DNA of 64,000 nt from Rhizophagus irregularis (Eukaryota): NCBI RefSeq assembly GCF_026210795.1, contig NC_089435.1, positions 2,666,001 to 2,730,000 on the forward strand, in the 5' to 3' direction. Below are positions 1 through 10,902 of this stretch, piece after piece. A program made the position numbers and the translations under genes. The notes under the pieces were generated by a model. The model was not told the DNA's origin. It made no database searches and saw only the letters and a program-made list of their open reading frames with translations. Position 1 is the stretch's first letter. Every line of letters begins with the position of its first letter.

Positions 1-29
1 CTAGGGAATTAAATTCACGACAAATTATT

Positions 30-1136
30 TTGAATTTACAAAACAACCCACTCGGAAACATGGCTACTATTCAAGATGTTATGCATACATTATCACCTTT
101 ACTTGCACAATTACCCAGTTATGATGGGCAGGAACCACCAGATGTATATTATCAAAGGCTTAGAAATATAAATGAGACAGCACGTCCCTTAGCTGTTGTT
201 GGTTTTAATCCTGGTGTAAGATGTCAAGTTATGATAAATAAGATGACAGGTAGATTTGCACCTGTTCCTGCTAATGATCCATATGCCGGAGGTAATCCAG
301 CTATTGTTACTGAACCTCTCTTCCTAAACTGGTTGCGTGAAAGATATAGAGAAGTTATGGTAGGGACTAACCGAAGTGCTATATTTGCTCTTGTAAATGA
401 AAAATTCTTTGAAACAGATACCCCAGATAGTTATGAAAAACGAATTAAACCACTAGTACAAGCAATGCAAGATGCTGATGCCTTACCTTATCTATTTAAT
501 CATTTGCCTTCTGATTTAGAAATGAGAGTTAGAATTGCTACCCCTGCTACCGTCAATGCATTTTTTACAGACTTACGCAATATATGGCATGAAAGTGCAG
601 GCAAAAGAATACAAGCTCCTGCACCAACCTCAGTTAGCTTTACTACTCAACCACAAAAAGATGATTTTAAAATTCGGTTAGCAAGAGATTTAGCTTATAC
701 AGGAATAGGAATAAATGACGCTACATTAGAAAATTTTATTTACGAAGAACTTAAAAAGAGGTTAGGAGGCACAACTGCCCATGTTAGAAAAAGCCCTTTT
801 ACGTCCAGAAGTGCTTATGCTACAAAGAAAGTTATTCGAAAGGTAGTGCCAAAAGCATCTGCAAAGCAAACTCGGCATTGCTCAGCATGTGGAAAGGCTG
901 GTCATACAAAGGTTAATTGCCCCAAAGGCAAGCGGACTAAAAAAGTTAACTATGTATACCAAGATGAGGTAGAAGATCCTGAAGACTCCGAAGAATACAT
1001 AGTGGAGGAAGAAGTGGTGGAAGAAGAGGAAATAGAAGATGATGAAGAATATGATGAATATGTTGATAAAAATGATGACGAACCTCGAAATTGCTATGCA
1101 TCAAAAAAAAAGTGGTGCGAAGTGGAGTACCTATGA
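30..1136 (+). CDS. Gag-like protein with CCHC zinc knuckle and acidic tail; frame is open to the window edge (first ATG at 60), so possibly 5'-partial
   Basis: LPSYDGQEPPDVYYQRL resembles the Ty3-type capsid N-terminal motif; CSACGKAGHTKVNC is CX2CX4HX4C; D/E-rich tail. Confidence 0.8.
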   Translation: MNLQNNPLGNMATIQDVMHTLSPLLAQLPSYDGQEPPDVYYQRLRNINETARPLAVVGFNPGVRCQVMINKMTGRFAPVPANDPYAGGNPAIVTEPLFLNWLRERYREVMVGTNRSAIFALVNEKFFETDTPDSYEKRIKPLVQAMQDADALPYLFNHLPSDLEMRVRIATPATVNAFFTDLRNIWHESAGKRIQAPAPTSVSFTTQPQKDDFKIRLARDLAYTGIGINDATLENFIYEELKKRLGGTTAHVRKSPFTSRSAYATKKVIRKVVPKASAKQTRHCSACGKAGHTKVNCPKGKRTKKVNYVYQDEVEDPEDSEEYIVEEEVVEEEEIEDDEEYDEYVDKNDDEPRNCYASKKKWCEVEYL

Positions 1137-2852
1137 AAAAGAGCGGGTCCCAGAAGGACCGTGCCAAGACGAAAGAAAGAGCAACCAAGAAGTCCCCTAC
1201 TTCCAAGTCTCATACTAGCAATATAGTTATGGCTGAAAATTATATGTTTCAAATAGCCTTAAAATCTACAATATCATCATTAGTCCCTCATTGTCCTAGA
1301 GAGATTCTTATAGAAATTTCGAAATTTATTAATATGATATTCACCAAAATAAAAGACCATTGCTTGAATACTGCTATGTCGAATGATACGGTTAAAAGAA
1401 GGGAATTAGCATGGGGAAATGTTATAAGTAAATTCGAAGACATCTTATTTCCACTATTGCAGGCAGTAAATAGTGAGCAGAAGCCTCTTTTACAAGTTCC
1501 AGATAATAATGAATCTATCCTGAATGCCCCCAGTCTTAAAGAAGATATAGTTATGGCTGATTCGACTAAAATTAAGGAAATTAATACTACATCCACTAGT
1601 CATGTTTTACCAGAGAACATCCGGCTAGAACATGCTATTAAGGCTTATGCATCGGCTCAAAAAAAAAATAGCCAAATATATTGGCCCAAGCCCTTAGAGA
1701 TAAATTTTTTACAAATAAAGGATGCTGACGACGTTGCAACCATCTCCTGTAAGGTGGGGAGCGTGACTATACCCTATGCAATGATTGATAGTGGATCAGG
1801 CTCGTCAATAGTCTCAGAAAATGTTGCAAAACATTTGGGTCTAAAATAGTGCTCCGAATAATCCGAGTTAACCCGGGTTATTTTGACCCGACTCGACTTT
1901 TAAATCGGGTCGATACTTGTAATTTTGAGTGACTCGTGACCCGCATGACCCGCATGACCCGACCCGACGGGTCGGGTCATATATTTCCTTGACCCGGGTT
2001 TTAACCCGAATAATCATTTGATTATCCAAATCTTTTTTTTCGCACCTTTATTAAGTTAAAACGAAACAATTAGAGCATGTGCTTGAAATTCTGGCAGAAA
2101 TAAAGGTATTATTGAGTTTCTATTGATGTATTTAATAAAATTTTGAATTTTAATTCTAATCTTAATTAAATAGTTAATTATACATATGTAATGTAAATTC
2201 TTTTAAGTTTAAAATTAAATGTAATTGAATAATATATAACTTTAAATACGATAGATAAAAGTTGTGCAACCTACATGATGATCATTGTCATTATCTTGTA
2301 GGTCAATTTTTCTTATTATTGGTTAACCAAAAATTCGAGTTTGAACCCGGGTTATACGGGTTAAACTACACTCGGGTCAAGTCGATTTCGGGTTATAAAA
2401 TTGTGTGACCTGAACATATACGAGTCCCTCCTTTTTCACTTCAGGTCGGGTCGAATATATTCTCAAAACCCGACCCGACTTGACCCGGTAGGAGCACTAG
2501 TCTAAAAATAGATAAGAAAAAGATTCATAGGCTTAATGGAGTTGCGAGTAAGTCCCATTCCCTTGGTACAGTTGATAGTGTTCCTATAACTATTGAGGAT
2601 GGAGAAAATAGAGACACCATTCCGGATGAATTCTCTGTTGTCCCTACAGAATATGATGATAGTGGAAAAGAACTATCACTATTTATTCTTGGAACACAAT
2701 GGCAGTATCGTGCAGGATGGGAACCCTTAGTGAAGGGGGAATTTAAGGCAAGCCGAAATGGGAAGACTATTACTATCCCCTTATCAGTTCATAAATCCCA
2801 GCGTAATGTTTTTACTGTAGGGAAGGATCCAGAACCTATAAAAAAAAACTAG
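1091..2852 (+). pseudogene. Retropepsin-like aspartic protease ORF in the -1 frame of gag, interrupted by a hAT MITE
   Basis: AMIDSGSGSSIVS active-site motif; removing 1847-2507 restores HLGLK-IDKKKIHRLNGVASKS...LFILGTQW...PIKKN* (flap and ILG motif), stop at 2850-2852. Confidence 0.85.
1847..2499. mobile_element. Non-autonomous hAT-like MITE, 653 bp
   Basis: TIR TAGTGCTCC...GGAGCACTA; 8-bp TSD GTCTAAAA (1839-1846 and 2500-2507); many subterminal GACCCG motifs; AT-rich core. Confidence 0.93.
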
Positions 2853-3079
2853 CTGATCGAACTTGTATGTATTGTGGAAAGGAATTTAGATATCCTGCTA
2901 ATCTTAGGCAACATTTTTTACGAAAAAATCCATGCGCAGTTGAGAAATCCCATGTAAAGCCCATGCAAAATTTGGCAGACCCATGCGCAGTCAAGAATTC
3001 TCATATAAAGCCCATGCAAAGTTTATCAAACCCATATTTAGAAAAAAATATGGTACCCATTCGGTTAAGCCTTGCCTAG
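2843..3079 (+). CDS. Small zinc-finger ORF (C2HC/C2H2-like) in the -1 frame of the protease, probably a frameshift extension
   Basis: Frame reads KKLADRTCMYCGKEFRYPANLRQHFLRKNPC; the first Cys lies upstream of the only ATG (2867); followed by a duplicated PCAVxxSHxKPMQxL motif. Confidence 0.65.
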   Translation, partial: KKLADRTCMYCGKEFRYPANLRQHFLRKNPCAVEKSHVKPMQNLADPCAVKNSHIKPMQSLSNPYLEKNMVPIRLSLA

Positions 3080-3939
3080 ACATGAGTTCGAAAAGTATAT
3101 TTTTTTCGGATGTTTAGATCATCTTTAGCGTCATCATGCCATCTAGTCCACAATACTTTGGCTTCTTTTTCATAAAAGATAGTTGGCTCTATAGTATTAT
3201 CTATACAGTCAGGATTGATAGAACGGATTCCATCATAATAGGCAATAATTGTTTGGTCTTTAGAATAGATAATATCATCCAATGTCTTGATAGTTTTTTT
3301 AACCGAAGAAAGGACATGTTTAAGATCCTTTATTTCATTTTTAGATCGTGATAGGGATGCTGATAACTTGCCAATCTCCTTATCTTTCACAGCATTAGAT
3401 TTATCCAAAGCACAGATACGAGATTTGTATTGCCTCTCCAAGTCATCTGAGCCGGATTTCTGTTGCTCTTCTAGCTGATGTTTGAATGAATATATTTTCT
3501 GTTTCATATCTACCATACAATTATTATATTCACTCTCCAGACGAGACTTAAGAGCATCATATTCATCTTTTAGATGTTTACGTTCCTCAGCAACCTGGGC
3601 CTCAATAGTTTTCTTAATATTATTCTCCCGTTGCTGTACATGAAGCTCACGTTCCTCTAACTGTTTCTCAAATCCATCTAGCCGAAATAAGGTGGAGGAT
3701 CCCTCTGGGATCGCATTTGCTTCAATCTTAATCTTCTGGCGATTTTTTTTGTTATGGTATCTATTAACCTCCCTAGTAAGCAACTCCTCAATGTCTGGAT
3801 GGATACCCCTAACCTGCTCCTCAGATAATGGTTTATTTTTGCAGTTTGTAAGGCGTAACCATACATCCTTTTTCATGGATGGGGGTAATTGGTCAAGCAA
3901 ACTCTTATAGTGATCATTGAAATGTAGTTGGCTGGCCAT
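3076..3939 (-). CDS. Coiled-coil protein, unknown function; paralog of 5125..5655
   Basis: Long ORF, likely start MASQLHF at 3939; heptad-rich K/E/Q centre. Confidence 0.7.
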   Translation of the reverse strand: MASQLHFNDHYKSLLDQLPPSMKKDVWLRLTNCKNKPLSEEQVRGIHPDIEELLTREVNRYHNKKNRQKIKIEANAIPEGSSTLFRLDGFEKQLEERELHVQQRENNIKKTIEAQVAEERKHLKDEYDALKSRLESEYNNCMVDMKQKIYSFKHQLEEQQKSGSDDLERQYKSRICALDKSNAVKDKEIGKLSASLSRSKNEIKDLKHVLSSVKKTIKTLDDIIYSKDQTIIAYYDGIRSINPDCIDNTIEPTIFYEKEAKVLWTRWHDDAKDDLNIRKKYTFRTHV

Positions 3940-4144
3940 ATGTTTGAATAGGGTAAGTATATAGTCTTGGAAAATTCCCGGAAAAAAAAATATTCCAGGA
4001 AGTCCAGAAATTCCATATTTTCCCAGAAGTTTAGGTATTCCATTTGTTTCCAGCAAAACTTTCCGCCTAAAAAATTAGCCAAAAAATTAGCCAGGCCTAG
4101 ATTCTGGGAAAAAAAATACTAAGAATATTCTCAGAAAATTCCTC

Positions 4145-4918
4145 CTAAACAATTGTGATTTCCGTTCCATCTTCTAATTTTAACACTGGCTGATTAAGAT
4201 GGTTTATGGATGGTAGTAAATTATTTTGTTTAGCATACAGAGACGACATAAATACTTTACTTGTGACCCCTGGCTCTGAACACCTTTGGCTGGGACCCGA
4301 TGAATGATAAGAAGTTGGTGAAATACAAGTTGGCTCGAAATTTGGAGCACTTGACATAGTATTTTTTGCTATGGTTGCGGTCTTAGCCTTAAAACAAGAG
4401 TAATTCCAATGATTCTTCATCAAATCTTCAGACTCAACTTCATAGGCCCATCTGCCCCAACCACTATAATATACTTTTCTAGGCTCTACTTCGGTAATCT
4501 TCACCAATTTCCAGCATTTGAAACAAATAGCCATCTGACTTTTATGGACACTAGGTCTACGATATCTGAAATGATCTTCAAATAACTCACCATTAACATA
4601 GAATGTTTTGGATTTTAATTGACCAAATGAAGCGAAAAGGCAGTACACATGGTATACACTATATTCTCGCTTAGAAAGTAGTTCTTGCAGAGAACCTCTT
4701 ATACGATCAGCCCATTGCTGGGGTGTTTCATGAGGTCTAATAATAGATAAATAATCATATTGTTTTTCTATTTCAACCACTTTTTCATACCGATATTCAT
4801 CAGTTTGAGGACCATTAAAAACATGTTCCATATCATATCCGGGGCGGAGATTGATAGGTTTAGGCACAGTTTTATTATAAATCTTATCTAATATGATCTT
4901 AACCATAGCACCGGGCAT
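4145..4918 (-). CDS. Hypothetical protein with possible Zn-binding motif
   Basis: 257-aa ORF with ATG start; ICFKCW...HWNYSC. Confidence 0.6.
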   Translation of the reverse strand: MPGAMVKIILDKIYNKTVPKPINLRPGYDMEHVFNGPQTDEYRYEKVVEIEKQYDYLSIIRPHETPQQWADRIRGSLQELLSKREYSVYHVYCLFASFGQLKSKTFYVNGELFEDHFRYRRPSVHKSQMAICFKCWKLVKITEVEPRKVYYSGWGRWAYEVESEDLMKNHWNYSCFKAKTATIAKNTMSSAPNFEPTCISPTSYHSSGPSQRCSEPGVTSKVFMSSLYAKQNNLLPSINHLNQPVLKLEDGTEITIV

Positions 4919-5124
4919 AGCTACGCTAGTATAACTATTTATTAGTAAATTAGTGATTTATAGCAATTTCAGAGTTTTATGGTATTTTTAATGAATTCTG
5001 ACGATTCTTTAGCAACTTATTCTTTAGAATATCGTCATTCATTTTTTGTACTACATGAGATCAGTTTTAGCTCCATAACACCATCATAGCGCTAACATGG
5101 AACCAAGAATCATGGGATGATCGG

Positions 5125-5655
5125 CTAATTATTTTCCGACGATTTCATAAAAGCAAGGGCTTTTTCTATCCCCTGCACCTGCGCCTTTATTTCAATAATT
5201 TCATAGCGCAGTTGACTATTAGCCTTAATTCGTTCCTCATGTTCCCTAGACAGATTTTGCATAAATCGGCCAAAGGTTTCTTTATTATATTTAAGCATTT
5301 GCTTTTGCAGGACATTAACCCGGCTATTAATTTCCGCCTCATGATCACATACAATATTACCTGTTTGTGTTCCATTGTCTGTGACGTAAGAAATAGGCAA
5401 TGGTAAGGGTGCCGGGCATTCAGGCCAACTTTGGGGGCGTAATTTTTTCCGATCCATAGTTTTACGATTCCGGTCTAATGATTTCTGGTAAATCTCTAAT
5501 GTATGGAGCAAATAATCCTCTATACGCTTATTTTTCTCTGAAATCTGGTTTAGAGGAATGGGTTTGCGCGAATGATTTAGGAGCCTTTGATACGCCCTAT
5601 CTCTTATGCTTACTGGGAGTTTATCAGTAATATGATTATATTCAGTATGGAACAT
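5125..5655 (-). CDS. Coiled-coil protein, unknown function; paralog of 3076..3939
   Basis: Likely start MFHTEY at 5655; N-terminal ~65 aa align by eye with the 3076..3939 product. Confidence 0.65.
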   Translation of the reverse strand: MFHTEYNHITDKLPVSIRDRAYQRLLNHSRKPIPLNQISEKNKRIEDYLLHTLEIYQKSLDRNRKTMDRKKLRPQSWPECPAPLPLPISYVTDNGTQTGNIVCDHEAEINSRVNVLQKQMLKYNKETFGRFMQNLSREHEERIKANSQLRYEIIEIKAQVQGIEKALAFMKSSENN

Positions 5656-5900
5656 TTTATTAGATATAGTTTTGCGCAAAAATCTTGCATGCAAAAATTT
5701 ATTATTTAAAAATAACATTCGGAGCTTTATTAAAATTTTTAGATAGATAGATAGATGCCTTCCGGCTAAGAAATATAAAAAAAAAAATGGGTAGGAAGAT
5801 AGCAGATGAAATAAATGATGCACAAAGAGTCATAAACACTCTAAGAGGGAGGGAGTAGTACTCGGATCCTAGGCCATAAAATGAGAGTCCCAGCATCAAT

Positions 5901-6227
5901 TTATTTCGCACTACTACCCCCATTGAAGATGGTACCGTTATTACTTCTATTACTACTGCTACTGCTACTATCGCTAAAACTAACTACTTTCTTATTTCCC
6001 TCCTTTTCAACCCATGCAATAATTTTATCCATAGAAGTTGTTCTTGGAGATTTTTGGTGACGGTAAAAACTAGCTAAAGTACTAGCACTAAGACCAGTTT
6101 CGATTGATAAAATATTGTACAATTGCGTTGGAGAACGTCCTTCCTTTTTCCTCCTGTTATTAAAAAGAGCCGTAAACTCGACCCAGTATGTTTCATATTC
6201 ATCCGTATATTCAGAACATTGTCCCAT
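5901..6227 (-). CDS. Small XRE/Cro-like helix-turn-helix protein
   Basis: PTQLYNILSIETGLSASTLASFYRHQKSPRTTSMDKIIAWV fits the HTH_XRE pattern; likely start MGQCSEY at 6227. Confidence 0.6.
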   Translation of the reverse strand: MGQCSEYTDEYETYWVEFTALFNNRRKKEGRSPTQLYNILSIETGLSASTLASFYRHQKSPRTTSMDKIIAWVEKEGNKKVVSFSDSSSSSSNRSNNGTIFNGGSSAK

Positions 6228-6316
6228 GAAAACGTGACTTGTGGAAGAGAATCGGTTCGATCCAGCTAGATAAAAAATAAGGCGCAGTCGGCGCAGGTAA
6301 GTATTATGCATATCGG

Positions 6317-6625
6317 TTAATTCTTTTTCCTATCACATGTCATACCTTGGGACGAAGCATCATTTCGCCATTCAGCTTCTGTACGTATTCTTTGGAGCTC
6401 ATTGCTTAAAGTTAGGAGGGTTCTTTCAAGGTTATTGTTTTTATCTTGCATCCCCATTAGATATTTACGAGAAAGGAAGATAGCGATGGCAAGGATTATG
6501 TAAATGCTTGTATTTCCCGAAAGAATTCCCTGGATCATGTCCATAGTTAGGACATCATGGCTTATCATCTCGAAAATAATAACTACGATGCTGAAAACAG
6601 CAAACAAAAAAATATCTGAGAACAT
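6317..6625 (-). CDS. Small membrane protein with two hydrophobic helices and a coiled-coil tail
   Basis: IFLFAVFSIVVIIF and IYIILAIAIFL, then NLERTLLTLSNELQRIRTE; likely start at 6625. Confidence 0.55.
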   Translation of the reverse strand: MFSDIFLFAVFSIVVIIFEMISHDVLTMDMIQGILSGNTSIYIILAIAIFLSRKYLMGMQDKNNNLERTLLTLSNELQRIRTEAEWRNDASSQGMTCDRKKN

Positions 6626-7839
6626 TGTTTTAGTTTGTTTTAGATTGATTTTTGATATATGCAAAATTATTCTTGTTGGAGGAAAAGAAATACCAAAGCG
6701 CTTCTCTAGAAATATCCCTTTTATATGTTTTACAATCGCCAGGCAAAATTAAATGCCCATATATACTAGCATAGAGAATCCGCATCGAAATATGGATCTG
6801 GAATAATCGTGAAATGTTGTCATAATTTTACCTGATCCCTTTAAGATCCCCCTATTTCTGAAAAAAGAAAATTATCAAGATCCTCTCCGGCGTCTGTACC
6901 TAAAGACGAAAAAAGTTAGTGCATTCCCGTACCCCCATATCCCCACAACATGTTTCAAACAATAACGATAATAATATTTTTCGTAAATGCTTGGCCGTGA
7001 GACCTTACGCAAGAGAAGATTTTTATTAATAAAAATTTATTGAGATATTCGTTAGGTAGCTTTACTATTATGTATGTACAGTATGTGAATAAGCTATATT
7101 ATGCATAGCGCTTCGGCTAAAGTACTATTCTCTTATTACATTTTTATCTAAAGAAAGACCAAAGGAAGTACTAAATAACTATCTAGATTTTTTTTTTCTT
7201 GCTTCGAATTTAAGAATATAGGACTTCTTTTCCTTCGTGGCGCAGTTCGATATAAAAAACCTTCATTATCATAGGTAAATGCAGATCAAAACATGAAATC
7301 TGTTGTAAGGAAATAGGCGGGTATTTATAAAAAATTTCAGATTTCCGCAGGCAGTTCCGCATGAATATTTTTGCGAAAAATTAGCCATTCTAGGATAAAA
7401 TTATCGGGAGCAATGGCGTAACTTCACCCCCCTATTTTCAGGAGACGCATGTGTTTAGCCCCTTTGATCGCTTATCTTTGGGCGTAGATATCCGATCTAC
7501 GAAAAATCGAATCATTTTATAATCAGGATCTTCATAAAAAATAGGGGGGAAGTTGTATACTAAAACTTTCTGCAGATTCACATGAGCCGGTTGACGTATT
7601 ACTGCGGAGAAGTATAGATGACGTTTTACTGCGCATGATATCTAAGCCACCCACATGATTTTGGCGAATATATATCTTTAAATGATAATTTATCTTCGAG
7701 ATTCAGGACCTCTATATTATAACTAATACACTGTACATTGCTATTCAATTTTTTTTTATTACATGCGAAAAATAAATACAAGATCGGGATATTACCCATG
7801 ATACATGACGTCTAGGCTAATATACATGTAAATAGGCGA

Positions 7840-8921
7840 TTATTTTTTCGTTCGATATCCCTCTACCCTCACCCTCTTCCTATCAGGTTCTTCCTCCGCA
7901 CATGCCCTATCCTTTATTATCCCTACCACCACACTTAAAACCTTTTTCACGCCATTACACAGCGTTTGATATTCCACGGACTTTTTATCCAAAGCATCTT
8001 CGGAAAATTCGATGCTTAACGGAAGTTTGCTTCCTTGAGAAATTCTTCCAGGGGTATAGAGCAGGAAGTGCCAGTCTCGAGCTGTTGTCACTATACCATA
8101 TAGATAATCGTAGTCATCCCCATCGCCCCGCTTTCTCTTCTTCTTGTTCGTTTCGTACGAACTCTCGAGCTGTTTGATATTCTGAGCGAAGCCTTCGATT
8201 ACATTCCGCTGTGGTTTGTCCTCCGTAATGCAAATAAGGTTCTCGACATCCTGACCGGAGGAAGAATAAAGTATGGCGTTAGTATGGCTTATATATCATA
8301 TAAAAAAAAGTGCGGACATGCATCACTCACCTTGATCGCATAATCAACCCGCCCAGAGCTTTCTTCACCTATTACTTCATATTCAGGCCTCATACTTAAT
8401 TCTTTCCCTGTGTCATCCCTGGTTATATTTATAGCGGAATGAAGAATGGCCACAACGTACTCATTGCGCATGGCTTCCAAGCTATCCACAACCAAAGTTC
8501 CGTAATTTTTCAGCCTGACTAATATTTCCGCCATACATTGCTTGAAGTGCTCGTTAGTATCCTCTATCTCATATGACTGCAGTGAAAAAAGCGGGATAGT
8601 GTCTGTACCGTTGCCATCAATACCGTATTTCGCTAACACCTCACTCAAACTCTTGTACGAGGAGAACGCACGCTTCGGCTTTTCTTTGAGGGCCTTGGCC
8701 TCTTTTGCGAGAAGTGTTGCTGGTCCTATCTTCAAACCACACTCCTTAAAATCGTCCTTGGTCATGTCGAGAAAGGAAAGGCCGGTAATTTTTTCGTTGC
8801 GGAGTATTCCCAAGTCATCGTCATCGAGCTTGAGGTTCTGCTCTTTCAAAAAATCGATAAGGGTTTCTGTATCCCAGTTCTCAACTAAGTAAGAGTCGTG
8901 TTCAGCTGTTGAGGTAGACAT
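7840..8921 (-). CDS. SAM-domain plus PD-(D/E)xK (REase-like) nuclease protein, Crinkler-associated type; exons 8921-8331 and 8250-7840, 333 aa
   Basis: SAM-like VENWDTETLIDFL...ITGLSFL...GLKIGPA; nuclease-like GRVDYAIK...ICITEDK...GFAQ...LYGIVTTARDWHFL; intron GTGAGT..CTAAC..CAG keeps frame. Confidence 0.8.
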
Positions 8922-9207
8922 AGCGTTACGTTTTTATAGGGATATTTGGCTCGGACAAAAATAGTGTTACGTTCCGGAGTAGGATAAAAATTTATTTATG
9001 TTCGGGAATACTGGGCGTTAATATAGGTTTTTATGTCGCACAGGCATTACATCATCACACGTGACCGTTTCTCATATACGTTCGATAAAATAATACTTTA
9101 TTTATGAAATAAAAACATTGCCGGAAGGGTCCCAGAGGGACCAAGTCGGCCTACAATACATAAAAATGCGACTATATCGCTATTACATGATGTGAATAAA
9201 AAAATTC

Positions 9208-9660
9208 CTAACTATCTTTGCTTAGTACCTCCGGCACCCTTTCAGCGGGAGGGTACACGATAACATTAATTCCCATTTCACCATCAAAGATACGTTGGGG
9301 TTGTATAGGAAAATGAGTAAAAATTGTGTCTTGCGGTTCCATTCTTATTGCACCTTCTACTTCAAATTCACTGATGTTTCTTAAGCTGTTGATTATGACA
9401 CTATCAGCTATAAATGCGACCCTATATAAAGCCAAATTGGTCGAATCTATATATTGAAATCGATCTGGACGACGGGTTTTGACTGCCTCCGCGAGAGAAG
9501 AGACTCTATTGTTGTTAGCGTTAGATATCGTTACTTCGAAAATATCGTTCACTCCCTCATCAGAAATGAGACAGTTGAGAGTAATATCCCCACCAGCGAG
9601 AAACTTGTCAAGCTTGTCAGGAGTCTTGTTCTTATCAGATTCCTTGGTCTTATCAGACAT
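9208..9660 (-). CDS. Crinkler (CRN) N-terminal ubiquitin-like domain protein; upstream exons possible
   Basis: ITLNCLI...FEVTI...VSSLAEAVK...FQYIDSTNLALYRV...INVIVYPP matches the CRN-N layout (LxLFLAK-like and HVLVxxP-like motifs). Confidence 0.75.
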   Translation of the reverse strand: MSDKTKESDKNKTPDKLDKFLAGGDITLNCLISDEGVNDIFEVTISNANNNRVSSLAEAVKTRRPDRFQYIDSTNLALYRVAFIADSVIINSLRNISEFEVEGAIRMEPQDTIFTHFPIQPQRIFDGEMGINVIVYPPAERVPEVLSKDS

Positions 9661-10214
9661 CTTGCTTTCCTAAATACAAGACCCATGGTGAGAAAAACTC
9701 GCTCCCGTACATTCATAACTTCTGACATATACATACCTTAATTTTTTTTCGCAGGGATGTTGGGTGAACTTCCACATGCCCTTACATGCTTTATATCTTG
9801 CTGGGAAAAAGTTAGGGAGGTATGAGGCGTGATTAGCATTGTCGTATGATGCCAAGAGCTCTATGAAAGCACATGTAAACGGAATCCTCATACCTTTTCA
9901 CATGTAGATCTACCGAAGAGATACATAGTTGGTCTTACGCCTGGCGATCTCGAAATTGCAAGTCCCTCAGCCTTTCATAACATATGCTTTTGCCGTCAGT
10001 ATTTACTTTTAGAGTAGGTCCTGTGTTGCAACTAGACCTCCCTTCACATTTTCTCTCATTTGTTTGGGGAAAAAATAGAGGAACTGGTTAGTATATAACT
10101 TCGATATGTGAAAATTAATATGTCGCACAAGACCTGACTGATGATCCACTTATTTTGTCGCACAATCTGGTCGAAGGCGCAGTGCATGGCTCAGCAATTC
10201 TTCCGAGCTGATGA

Positions 10215-10430
10215 TCATTTCTCCGGACTAGCATTAATCGAACTGCTTGGGGAAATTGGGATCGGAATTTTACTCACATCGCTTTTAAACAATTTTACCA
10301 TGTTTTCTAGCGCCTCTAATTTTTTCTCGAATACTTTGGTTAGCTCCTCCGGATCGCTAGGTAATTTATTGGATAAATCTTTTTCACTTGGTCCCTCTGG
10401 GATCCTTTCGGCTTGGCGCTCGCTTTCCAT
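10215..10430 (-). CDS. Small hypothetical coiled-coil protein
   Basis: 71-aa ATG ORF co-oriented with neighbours; amphipathic LTKVFEKKLEALENMVKLF. Confidence 0.35.
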   Translation of the reverse strand: MESERQAERIPEGPSEKDLSNKLPSDPEELTKVFEKKLEALENMVKLFKSDVSKIPIPISPSSSINASPEK

Positions 10431-10506
10431 TTCTACCTTCTACTGCGGAAATTAGTCTAATTATTGAGAAAAAAAATATGCAATAATTAGTTGATTATGC
10501 TCCGGA

Positions 10507-10902
10507 CTATTTTGATCGTACTGCTCGGGCTGGATTCCTTCTAGGTTTCGCCTTCTTATTGCCGGATTTTTTCTTCACACACTTTACTTTGCAAATATTC
10601 TTTTCTGAGCTGGTAGGCGCTTCGCATGGCTCATATTCATAATCTGAATCGGATGAATCTGAATCGGATGAAATCTCTTTACCTGGCTCTACACCAGTTT
10701 TCTCTTCTACATAATTTTCTATACATTCTACAGTTGTTTCTAGCTTTTTAATTTGCACAAATAAAGCACCTACGTTATTTTTTAGCCAGTCTGTTAAAAC
10801 CAGTAGCTTGGCACCTTCTTCATCTTCTAAATATGTTTCGCTAGGCATCCTATTGTTTGATAAATGCTTGGTCCTGGAGGTATCATTTCGTCTGACTACC
10901 AT
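10507..10902 (-). CDS. Hypothetical protein with coiled coil, acidic S/D tract and basic tail
   Basis: 131-aa ATG ORF; SSDSDSSDSD and K/R-rich C-terminus. Confidence 0.55.
   Translation of the reverse strand: MVVRRNDTSRTKHLSNNRMPSETYLEDEEGAKLLVLTDWLKNNVGALFVQIKKLETTVECIENYVEEKTGVEPGKEISSDSDSSDSDYEYEPCEAPTSSEKNICKVKCVKKKSGNKKAKPRRNPARAVRSK

Noticed and set aside
1..3079. Ordinary Ty3/Gypsy LTR retrotransposon
   Set aside because: No RT (YxDD), RNase H, integrase, PPT or LTR follows the protease in the window
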